Positions 26,084 to 37,541 of a stretch of 64,000 nt of DNA are shown one piece after another (the first letter of the stretch is position 1; each line of letters begins with the position of its first letter). The notes beneath the pieces are model-generated. The model saw only the letters and a program-made list of their open reading frames with translations. It searched no databases and had not been told where the DNA came from. The DNA is from Azolla caroliniana (lineage: Eukaryota > Plantae > Polypodiophyta). Where the stretch lies: assembly GCA_043228905.1 (NCBI GenBank), contig JBHGNT010000004.1, positions 10,292,001 through 10,356,000 of the forward strand, in the 5' to 3' direction. A program made the position numbers and the translations under genes.

Positions 26084-27969
26084 CGTTCTTCTTGTTCTTC
26101 TTCGTCAAGCTGTGTCGGCTGCAGAGAGGTTCTCAACCCTCCCGCTTTGATACCATGTAGAAAGTAGCGTGTGGAAGCAGGTATGAAGATGGAACAGAAG
26201 GAAGAAAACTCAGGTTTAATGGAGAGCTTGAGCTTACACAGTATACACGGGAGAGACAGAGAGAGAGAGTGAGAGAGAACATACAGAACTATATTCAACA
26301 ACAAAATCTCGATTCACTACTCTATACATACGTGTGTTCCATGAACACTTTTATACAAGTCCTCGAAGGACTGACTGAAGTACTGACAGTACTTCAAGGC
26401 TCATTAAGAGCTCCTACACTAACTCCCAAATATATTCCTCACGGAATATCTTTCCTAACGGCCTCCCGGTTTACGCACTCGGCCTAACCGATCGGTCCCA
26501 ACCGATCCAGTCCTCGGCTTCTTCAGCCGATCCGGCCGATGTTGAGCTTGACTCTCAACAATTCTTTCCAACTCACATGTGGAAATATGATTCGTAAACA
26601 AATTTGTTATTGTGCATGCTCTCAAAATGAAACATTCAAAAAATGTTCTTGATGAATGCAACATCATATGTGTTGAGAACTAGGTCCCTTGCATATGGGC
26701 CAAATTCGGGACGAAGGAAAATGTAAATAGGTTAGAGTTGAGCTTACTTAGGCCAGTTATGTAAATAGCTCAAAAGTTATCTAAGTATAAAGATAACTAG
26801 GGCAAACCTTATGTCAATGAGAAAATCTATTTCCTCTTGTTCACTGTCTAGTTGAATGGGTAACTAAGTACAACATGTGCGAGTTTGTTGCCTCCATAGC
26901 CAGAACAGACGAAGCGTTTGAGAGTGAGAGAGACACTGAGAGTGCCTTTGCTGTAACCGTCGATCGACAAAGTGAATGAACTCAGGTCAGTGCCTGTGTG
27001 TTCGTTTCGTTGTATATCTCTCTTGTAGTGATCTGTTTGGTGTCTATGGGCACCCGTGGTTTTTTACCCTATTTGGGGTTTTCCATGATATATATTGTGC
27101 ACATATACTTTTCAAGTCTCTTTCTCTCTTTATTTTGCTTGTTGCTCCTATTCCGCATTCGACTCGGTTATGGCCGAGTTCCTGTTTTTCTATCAAACTG
27201 GTATTAGAGCACAAAAAATGGAAGACTCATTTGGGGTTATGTTCAAGTTAACCGGCACCAACTACTTAGTGTGGAAGTCGAAGATGAGAGACATGTTAGT
27301 GTGCAAAGATTTGTGGCTGCCAATACTGTTCGGCAAAAGCAACCCAGACAAGATCGATGCAATGACTTGGGAAGTCATGCATCTGAAAGCAGCAACATAT
27401 GTAAGATGCGTCATTGACATGAGCTTGTATAACAACTTTGGTGAAGAAATAGAAGTGGATATCCTTTGGAAGAAAATAGGCGTAATGTTCGAGAACAAGT
27501 ACGTCGTGAACAGAGTCTCAGTTTTCAGAAAAATCGCGAGACTCCAGTATCAAGACGGTACCAACATGGTGGAGCATATTAATGTCTTCCCAGGACTAAA
27601 GAATCAAACCACCACTCTAGAAGTACCTCTCGCCGATGAGGTACTAGCATTATTGCTAGGATCCCTTCCGGATAGCTGGGAGACACTCGTTGTCACGTTG
27701 GGCAACACCAGACCGGAAGGGAAGCATCTATCCCTAGAGCAAGTGAAGTTGAGTTTATTGAATGAAGAAGCTCGTCAAAAGGACAGAGAGTCCATTTCCA
27801 ACCTAAAGGCCTTAGTCACGGAAAGTGACACAAATCGAGGAAGAGGCCCGAATCGAAGTCCCCAAAATCGAGATAAGTCGGGGGCGAGGCCGAAATCAAG
27901 GGGAAGACCCACGTGCTTCTATTGTGGGAAGCTGGGGCACTTTCAGAAGAATTACTGACACTTCCAAAA

Positions 27970-30900
27970 TGTTGGGATTTCGGTCCCTCCGGATGGGATG
28001 TCCGGAGATGAATGACGGCAATTACAATTACGGTTACGGTTACGGTTACGGTCCCGGCTACGGAGCCGGATGATGAAGACCCCGGCTACGGAGCCGGATG
28101 ATGAATGTACCCGGAGCGAGATCCGGATGCGGGGACATATTTGTGAATATGTTTGCCAAGGGCCCTTGAGGCTATATTTGTAAATAGCCCGAAAGTCATA
28201 TGTGTATAAATATGACTTAGGGCAAACAGTTATTGTTGTTGCTCATTCTATGTTTTCAGCCGAGAGAGAGCAAAGTGAGAGCAGCCGAGAGAGAGAGGAA
28301 GGAAGAGGTCGACGCCTCTGTGTAATACCGCCGCCTGTGGCGAAGGCAGTGAGCTCAAGGTTGTTGCCTTGTAGCTTCACCATTGTACATCTCTGTGTAT
28401 AGTGATAGTTGGAGTTTGAGGACTCCCGTGGTTTTTCCCATTTAGGGTTTTCCACGTAAAACATCCTATGTACTCTTCTCTCTATTGTCTTCGTGCATTT
28501 CGCGTATTTCCCGTTTTCTGTAAATCGATCCTATTCCTCGGTTGTGGCCGAGCACTGTTGTTCAACAAAGTGGTATCAGAGCGACGGTAACACAGAAAAT
28601 GGAAGGCGGCAGCAGCGGGCAGCCGGGGATGATGGTGCTGAATGCGCAGAACTACGCCGACTGGAAGATAAAGATGGAGGATCTGCTCATTGTTCGGGAC
28701 CTGTATGAACCGATCGACAGGTCGGAAATACCCAAAGGGGTACTTGAGACGGAATGGAGGCTTCTGAACCGGAAAGCCGTTGCAACCATTCGGCAATACG
28801 TCGACGTGAGCGTTCTACAACACGTGGCGAACGACACCAACGCATATGAGATGTGGCGGAAGCTGTCGGGCCTCTACGAGAGGAAGAATGCGTTGAACCG
28901 GACCTCCCTGATGAGAAAGATAGTGAACCTCAAGTATCGGGACGGCGAGAGCATGGTGGAACACGTAAGCACGTTCATGGGATTCGTGAACCAGCTTGCG
29001 GCGATCAAGTTCCCGTTGGAGGATGCAATGCAAGCCATCATCCTGATGTGTACATTGCCGGACAGCTGGGAGAACTTGGTGGTGACTCTCAGCACCTCCT
29101 GCACCGAAGATAACTTGTCTCTACAAACGGTAAAGACAAGCATCTTGAACGAAGAAGCGCGTCGGAGAGATAAAGAACCGGTTTCCGATCCGAAGATGCT
29201 GCTTACTGAATCGGATCGGGGAAGACAATGGAACCAGAGTCCGCAAAGACGGGAGAAGTCGGGGACCCGGTCGCAGTCAAGAGGAAGACCCACATGCTTC
29301 CACTGTGGGAAGCCGGGGCACTTCCGGAAGAATTGTCGGCATTACCGAAAGGACAACGGAGCCGACGACACCGATTCGAAGAAGTCACCGGAGAGAAACG
29401 GTGCATACCGAGGAGCCACGGACCGGAGAGGTCCGGATCGGCGAGGGCAGGACCGGAAAGGAACGACGGCACTCGCGGCAAGTGAAGAAGAGATAATGCT
29501 CATTACCGAAGAGAGGGAGCTGAACCTTGCTGATGAAGAGATGACCTGGGTGGTCGATTCCGGAGCGTCGTTCCACCTGACCCCGGAGAAGAAATACTTC
29601 TCATCCTACACAGCCGGTGAGCACGGCTGTGTCCGGATGGGAAATGAAGGTACATGCCGGATTACCGGCATAGGAGACGTGTGGCTGATGACATCAACCG
29701 GATGCAAGATGCTGCTGAAGGATGTTCGACACGTTCCGGAGGTTCGATTGAACCTGATTTCGGCCGGGAGGCTAGACGATGAAGGCTACATGGGTAGCAT
29801 CCGGAACGGTGTCATGAAGTTCAGCAAAGGGAGCCTGATAGTGGCTCGGGCCCGGAAAGTCAACACACTGTACCTGATGAATTCCCGGCTATGTCCGGAG
29901 GAGCTGAACGTGCCAGCTGACACTGCCGGTGAGCTGTGGCACAAGAGACTGTGCCACATGAGTAAGAAGGGGATGAAGAGGCTTGCAGAAGACAACCTCA
30001 TTCCAGTGAAGCATGTGCACCTGGAGAAGTGCACCGATTGCCTGGCCGGTAAGCAGAACCGAACCTCCTTCCATTCAAGGCCACCGACGAGACGTAGCGC
30101 ACCATTGGAGTTGGTGCACACTGATGTGTGTCAGGTAGAGACGAAGTCACATGGCGGAGCCCAGTACTTCGTAACATTCATAGATGATCACAGCCGGAAG
30201 CTGTGGACGGCACCGTTGAAGACAAAGGACCAAGTATTGTCCGTCTTCAAAGAACTCCACGCGAGAGTGGAAAGAGAATCCGGCAAGAAGCTGAAAGCGA
30301 TACGAGCGGATAACGGAGGGGAATACCGGGGACAGTTCCAGGAGTACTGTCGCTCGAAGGGAATCCGGCTTGAGTTTACCGTGCCGAAGACGCCAGAACT
30401 GAACGGGCTGGCCGAGAGGATGAACCGGACCATAATGGAGAGGGTCCGGAGTATGCTGGCACATGCGAAATTACCCAAGGGATTTTGGGCTGAGGCAATG
30501 TCGACGGCGACATACGTGATAAACAGATCACCCTCAGTGCCTTTGGACGGAGACACGCCGCAGAGAGTGTGGACCGGTAGGGAAGTATCCTACCGGCATC
30601 TGAAGGTGTTCGGGTGTCTCACATATGTGCATGTGGCAAAGGACCGGAGAGGAAAGTTAGATCCAAAGACCCGGCCATGCATATTCCTCGGTTACGGCGA
30701 GGACGAGTTCGGCTACCGAGTATGGGACCCGGTCGACAAGAAGATATTCAGGAGTCGAGATATCATCTTCATGGAGAACAAGACACTCGCCGACTGGGAG
30801 TCGGAGAAGAAGATGAAGAGCTCCAAGTCGACCGGTGAGGATCAACTCTACGAGGAGCAGTCCCGACCGGCAAGGGACCGGTTAGCACTCGAGGATCCGG

Positions 30901-33215
30901 CCGAAGACGGTGAAGAAACAGAACCGGCCGAGGAAGATGAAACTGATACCGGAACCAGCCCCGATCCCGAAATGGATTCGGATGAAGAGGAAACGGAGGA
31001 GCCGGTTACCGAAGCTCCGGAACGGAGATATCCTCTAAGAGAGAGAAGGGCCCCCCGGAGATTTCCGGAACCAGAGAACGTGCTGCTAACCGACGGGGGG
31101 GAGCCGGAGAGCTTTGAAGAAGCAAAGCTTGACACCGATAGCCGCAGGTGGTTAAGTGCCATGCAGGAGGAGATGGATTCCCTGCATGAGAACCACACAT
31201 ATGAACTTGTGGAGTTGCCGAAAGGAAAGCGGGCACTTCGGAACAAGTGGGTGTTCAAGCTGAAACCGGGAGATGCCGGAAAACCCCCGAGATACAAAGC
31301 CAGGATCGTGGTGAAGGGGTTCCAGCAGAAGAAGGGCGTCGATTTCGACGAGATATTTGCCCCGGTAGTGAAGATGACCTCCATCCGGACGGTGCTGAGC
31401 ATAGCGGCAAGCATGGACCTCGAGGTAGAACAGATGGACGTGAAGACGACATTCCTTCACGGTGACCTCGAAGAAGAGATCTACATGCAGCAACCGGAAG
31501 GATTCGAGAAGAAAGGGAAGGAGCACCTGGTATGCCGGTTGAAGAAGAGCCTGTACGGACTGAAGCAGGCTCCCCGGCAATGGTACCGGAAGTTCGACTC
31601 CTTCATGACCGACGAAGGGTACCACAAAACGCAGTCCGATCACTGCGTGTTTGTGAAGAAGTTCGAAGGAGGAGACTCTCTAATACTCCTCCTATACGTG
31701 GACGACATGATGATCGTCGGACGGGACCAGGTCAAGATACGGACGCTGAAGAAAGCGCTTCACCAAACCTTCTCAATGAAGGACCTGGGTCCGGCGAGGC
31801 AAATACTAGGGATGCACATCATCCGGGACCGGAAGAAGAAGCAGTTGTGGCTGTCACAGGAGAAATACGTGACAAAGGTGCTTCACCGGTTCAACATGTC
31901 GGAAGCAAGACCGGTCGGGTCAACCCTCCCGGCAAACTGCAAGTTGTCCAGCAAGCAAAGCCCCAAGACAAAGGCTGAGAAGGAGGATATGATGAAAGTA
32001 CCATATGCCTCTGCCGTTGGAAGCTTGATGTACGCAATGGTGTGTACAAGACCGGACATAGGATATGCAGTTGGAGTGGTGAGCCGATACATGAGCAATC
32101 CCGGCAAAGAGCACTAGAACGCGGTCAAGTGGATACTCTGATACCTAAAGGGCACGGCAAACGTGTGCAGACACCAGCCGGTCCACATCAGGGTATGTGA
32201 TGACGTATGCAGGGGGAGCTGTTTCGTGGCAGTCGAGGCTGCAGAAGACGGTTGCGTTGTCAACCACGGAGGCGGAGTACATGGCGGCTGTTGAAGCCGG
32301 CAAGGAAATGATATGGATGAAGGACTTCATTAGAGAGCTCGGTATCCGGCAGGAGGAGTACCGACTCTACTGCGACAGTCAGAGTGCCATCCACCTTGCG
32401 AAGAACGCGGCCTATTACTCCCGGACGAAGCACATCCAGCGAAGATATCACTGGATCCGGGAAAGGATAGAAGACCAAGAGTTCGTGCTGACGAAGATCC
32501 ACACGGACGAGAACGGCTCAGATATGCTGACCAAAGTGCTCACACCCGACAAGCTGGAAGCATGCCGGAAGAGGATTGGATTGGAGAGACATCCCATGCC
32601 GAAGTGGAGGGGGAGTTTGTTGGGATTTCGGTCCCTCCGGATGGGATGTCCGGAGATGAATGACGGCAATTACAATTACGGTTACGGTTACGGTTACGGT
32701 CCCGGCTACGGAGCCGGATGATGAAGACCCCGGCTACGGAGCCGGATGATGAATGTACCCGGAGTGAGATCCGGATGCGGGGACATATTTGTGAATATGT
32801 TTGCCAAGGGCCCTTAAGGCTATATTTGTAAATAGCCCGAAAGTCATATGTGTATAAATATGACTTAGGGCAAACAGTTATTGTTGTTGCTCATTCTATG
32901 TTTTCAGCCGAGAGAGAGCAAAGTGAGAGCAGCCGAGAGAGAGAGGAAGGAAGAGGTCGACGCCTCTGTGTAATACCGCCGCCTGTGGCGAAGGCAGTGA
33001 GCTCAAGGTTGTTGCCTTGTAGCTTCACCATTGTACATCTCTGTGTATAGTGATAGTTGGAGTTTGAGGACTCCCGTGGTTTTTCCCATTTAGGGTTTTC
33101 CACGTAAAACATCCTGTGTACTCTTCTCTCTATTGTCTTCGTGCATTTCGCGTATTTCCCGTTTTCTGTAAATCGATCCTATTCCTCGGTTGTGGCCGAG
33201 CACTGTTGTTCAACA
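27970..33215 (+). mobile_element. Ty1/copia element F, the youngest insertion
   Basis: LTRs 27970-28567 and 32618-33215 (598 bp, 3 differences by eye). TSD CAAAA at 27965-27969 and 33216-33220. PBS TGGTATCAGAGC 28571-28582; PPT at ~32606-32615. Confidence 0.97.
28599..32617 (+). pseudogene. gag-pol: copia F gag-pol: open to 32117, then TGG>TAG and a short deletion removing the first RNase H catalytic motif
   Basis: ORF 28542-32117 contains gag, the CCHC knuckle, DSGA, IN and RT (YVDDM). The GFTDSD segment present in C and L is missing at ~32167; RH remainder in ORF 32197 onward. Confidence 0.93.
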
Positions 33216-33319
33216 CAAAAGGAGAAAGGGAGATCCAACGGTGCTGACTTGAAGAAGAGTTCAGAATGGAAAGGCACATTGATCGTCGCGACAAGTGAGG
33301 AGGAACTATTGCTCATAAG

Positions 33320-33392
33320 TGTCATGATATGGCAAGACTCGAACCCATGACCTTATGTTATATGGGTCAAGCTCTTGACCATTATACCATCT
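33320..33392 (-). promoter_or_regulatory. tRNA-like Pol III A/B-box module at the 5' edge of the G LTR (second copy 39634-39706)
   Basis: On the - strand: TGGTATAATGG (33389-33379), 33-nt spacer, GGTTCGAGTC (33345-33336). Confidence 0.62.
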
Positions 33393-33614
33393 ATTTTAAT
33401 ACATATAATATTATTTTCATTTTAGTTTTATTATAGGAAATTAATGTATATTCCAGATTTCTCTGGAACATTCTAGAAGCTTCAGGATTACTCCTAAGAA
33501 CACTATCAAAGAAGGCCGTAGGCATTATTTTGAACCAAATTGGTTCAACGCCAGTCTTAAGCCTCATAGACCTTTTGTACTTACTCTTCACATAATATAT
33601 CCTCTGTTATCATC

Positions 33615-33670
<56 letters not shown>

Positions 33671-35841
33671 CTCGTCTCTCTTCCTCTCTCGAGAGTCTTA
33701 TGCAGTCCCGTCCTCTTAGTACTAATAGTACTTCCCTTTTCCAGTACTAATTCTCTCTCTGTTTTAGTACTATTCTTGACAGTTTGAACCAAATTTTCCT
33801 CAAGTCTACTTGTCGTTTTTCCTCATCCTCCTACCCTTTTTCCTATATTATAGCTAATGTTAGCGCCCAAGAATATCAATCCATTTTCTCCGAGCTATAG
33901 TGTCTAAAAGAAAAATTTGTTGCCTTGGAACAAGAAAACCAATGGTTGATAGGGGATCTGCAACAAATCGCTCTCGAAAAACAACAAACGTAGCAACAAC
34001 ATGGGGAGTTAGCGTTACGGGTACAACAACTCGAAGCAACGTTGCAACAACAAGGATCAAGTCCCCAAGAATTTCATAAAGAGCCCAAGATTGGACTTCT
34101 TGTGAAATTTGATGGAACGCGATCACAATTCAGGGGATTCCTTAATCAGGTACGCTTAGTCATCCAAATGCATCCTTCCCGATACCCCACTAATGCATCC
34201 CAAGTCGGCCTAATAGGCACGTTGCTTAGCAGCTCAACCTTGGCATGGTTCGCTCTGCTTCTAGAAAAACAATCGCCCTTGCTTAATAACTTTGAAGACT
34301 TTATTAGTGAGTTTAAAGCCTGCTTTGGAGATACCGACAACATCCGGACGGTGATCAACAAAATCTGACGATTGCATCAAGGTGATCATCTAGCCTCTGC
34401 CTACGCGGCGGATTTCCATCTACTCGCCTCAGATATCCCCTGGGATGATCAGGTACTAATGGAGCAGTTTCGCTACAGCCTGCGAAACGATGTCAAAGAT
34501 TTACTTTTAACCTTCCTTGAAGAACCAAAGTCTCTTACGGAGGCAATCAGTCGAGCGGTCCGATATGACAACTGCCTTTTCGAACGGCGTTCGGAACGTC
34601 AATTACAAATACCACACTCTAGGCCGGAGCCCACTTACACCTCAGTCGCGGCTAAACCGTTTGCACGCGATGTACCTCAAGCAAATACTCCGACACCGAT
34701 GGAGATCGACACCATGCGTCGACGTGGCCCGTTATCGGAAGAAGGAAAACAACGATGACGTGCAAATCGATTATGTCTTTATTGCGGTGGACCAGGGCAT
34801 ATCGCAATCAATTGTCCCCATAAGGCAAGAAGACAGGTAACTCAAATCGTAGCCTGTACTAAACCCGAGTCAATTCTTCCCTTAGGAGTATCTGATAGTA
34901 TTAATAGTACTAATAGAGTGTTTGATAGTATTAATAGTACTAATAGCCCAAGTATCTCAAACAAATTTGAAATCCTTAGTAAATTAGATGAAGAGTTAAA
35001 CGATTGAGTCTAGCCAAAATAGGAGTCGTTTGGTTGGACAACCCTAGATCTGTACAGCCCATTAGTGGTTCCATTCCCTCCAAGCAAGTTAGCAATGTGT
35101 TTCTAGCCCAAGTCATGGTTAGTACTAAAAGTACTCCCCCAGTACACGTCCTAGCAGTTCTAGATTCCGGAGCTAATTCTTGTTTCATGGATCGAAATTT
35201 TGCCTAAGCTTCTCAGATATCCTTAAGAAAACTTCCTTGCCCCACAGCTGTAGTAGTTATTGATGGTTGTCCCATTGCTTCCGGGAATATTGTAGAAGAG
35301 TCAGAACCCATTCAAGTTGTCCTAGGTAGTTTTGTGTGTGTAGTATCATTTAATATAATTAGTAGTTCAGAGCATCCCATTGTCCTGGGATTACCTTGGT
35401 TTGAACAAGAGAAGTCCGATATCAACCCCAAGAATCTACTCATCGATTTTCTACCATTTCACTCCATCAATTACGCAAAGAACGACACAAGGACGCAATG
35501 TTCCTATTTGCAATATTAGAACATCCTTCCAGCACTGTTAAGAAGGAATCCCTAGTGCAACTTTCGGAAAAATATCATCCTTATGCCGATGTATTTGACA
35601 AGGTAAAAGACGGTACTCTTTCTCATCATCGTCCCTATGATTGCCCCATCGATTTACAACCAGGAACAGAGCCACCATGGGGACCAATTTACAACTTGTC
35701 ACCCACCGAGTTAGAAGTCCTTCGAGCCTACATAGAGGAGAACTTGGCAAGCGGGTTTATTCGTCATTCAAAATCTCCGGCCGGTGCACCCATCTTCTTC
35801 GTCAAGAAGAAAGATGACTCACTTCGTCTTGTCGTTGATTA

Positions 35842-36285
35842 TGTCAAGATTCGAACTCTTGACATGACCATGTTATAATGGAGTGTTATGTGTTAACCAC
35901 ACATCTAGCATATAATCATGCATATACTTCCTCATTGTAGGTTTTAGCTAGCATCATGTGCATAATTTCTCCCTTGTATTATTTACACTTGGCACTTGCA
36001 TGCGTACCTACTACCTACATGCTCTATTGTATCACATGCGTGCAACAGGTATGCATGCCACTTAGTATAAATAGTTGACTTCACCTTGAAGGAATTCAAG
36101 GTTAACAACACCAGTCATGGACATATCAATCTAGTATTCCCATTTCGCCCATCCTCTCTCCTTGATCTTCATCTCTATCTTTATGCTCTTGTGTCATTCC
36201 CCGTCTTAAGTTCCTCGCGTCATCGCTCTATCATAGCCTCATCATCCATGCTCCATCTTAGTCCACGCTTGGTGTGTCCGTGACA
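35842..36285 (+). mobile_element. Solo LTR H inserted in the RT of G
   Basis: TGTCA..TGACA ends; TSD GATTA/AATTA; removal restores VDYRGLNKV. TATAAATA at ~36066; antisense A/B-box module at 35842-35907. Confidence 0.9.
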
Positions 36286-36728
36286 AATTACCGCGGCTTG
36301 AATAAAGTCACCATCCGAAATAGGTATGCACTTCCTCTTATATCAAGTCTTTTAGAGCGAGTTAATGGTGCTAAGTTTTTACAAAAATCGATCTACGAGG
36401 AGTGTATAACCTCGTGCAGATCCGACTAGGAGATGAATGGAAGACCACCTTTCGCCGTTCGGTATGGGCATTTCGAATATACTGTTATGCCGTTCGGTCT
36501 AACCAATGCACCCGCAGTCTTCCAACACATGGCAAATGATATGTTCAGAGACCTCTTGGATATCTGTTTGATCATCTATCTGGATGATCTATTGATTTAT
36601 TAAAAGACCCAGGAAGAGCACGATTCTCATGTACTATTAGTACTAAAACGACTCCGCGAGAATGGTTTTTATGCCAAGCTAGAAAAATGTAGCTTTGACT
36701 ACAAGCAAGTGGAATTTCTAGGCTACGT

Positions 36729-37541
36729 TGTCGTGCCTTTCGCCTCCGGATCGTTGCGTGAGTCGGGTGGGAACCACAGAGGTCTTGGACTAGGAGAAAG
36801 AAGTTCGTGAGATAGAGATTAATTATGAGTAAATAGCGAAGAGAAAGATAAGAAACTCGTGAATCACACGAGTATACTATATTAATTGGTACTTAGGGTG
36901 TTAAGAGAGAAGTAGATGTATAAATCGTGAATCCCACGAATAATTTTTGTATTGATTCATCATTATAGAAAAATAATCAACAACTCTTTATATATTTCTC
37001 TCCTCCTTATATAAGGAAGGAAGAGCTAAGCATGGCTTCATGCTTTTTTTTTACAAAAAGTGTTCATGTCCACTAAATGTGCATGTGATGCTTTTTTTAT
37101 TTCCTAAGTATAGGGCTCATGCACGCTAGATGTGCATGAGTTATTTTTAGTGTCTCGTGTTTTTTTTTCTTTTTCATATATTAAAAAAATACACGATTTA
37201 CCTTTTAATAAAGGTATGCATAAATAAAGGTCTTATATGTATTAAATCTATATTTAAAACACTTAAGATAAGTTAATGTAATGGTAAGGTTGGGGTTTGT
37301 CAACGTGGAGGTGTAGAGTTCGAATCACGCCCTGCATAGTAGTGAGTATTTCCTTTTTTTTTTACATTTATGTCTCTTTATCCGGCTCTTCCTTGCCGGC
37401 ATGCCGTTTTCTTCCTTGCCGGTATGCCGTTTTCCTCCTTGCCGGTATGCCGTTTTCTTCCGGTTTTCACCGAGCACTCCATTCTCTATCCGGAGGGACA
37501 AAAATATAATTTCCACATAGTGTGCAACCTACACTACGACA
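36729..37541 (-). mobile_element. Solo LTR I (T1-related gypsy LTR) inserted in the RT of G
   Basis: TGTCGT..ACGACA ends; 4-bp TSD ACGT at 36725-36728 and 37542-37545; removal restores FLGYVIS. Three 23-bp tandem repeats at 37391-37459; A/B-box module at 37274-37326. Confidence 0.92.

Larger units (their letters stand above)
20366..26560 (-). mobile_element. Ty1/copia element D (family B/D/J), full-length degenerate; 3' LTR carries a templated insertion
   Basis: 5' LTR 26156-26560; 3' LTR 20366-~20654 + 21327-21443. TSD ATTCT at 20361-20365 and 26561-26565 (extra copy at 20771-20775). PBS rc 26144-26155; PPT rc 21444-21454. Confidence 0.92.

Noticed and set aside
28010-28073. GYGYGYG peptide ORF
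   Set aside because: It is the translation of a (GGTTAC)n microrepeat in the F LTR.
33320-33395. A/B-box modules as genuine tRNA genes
   Set aside because: No acceptor stem or convincing anticodon arm forms, so they are reported as tRNA-like promoter modules only.
33619-33668. (CT)n and (AG)n tracts (also ~43546-43582, ~59919-59960)
   Set aside because: These are ordinary microsatellites within LTR R/U5 regions, varying in length between LTR pairs.
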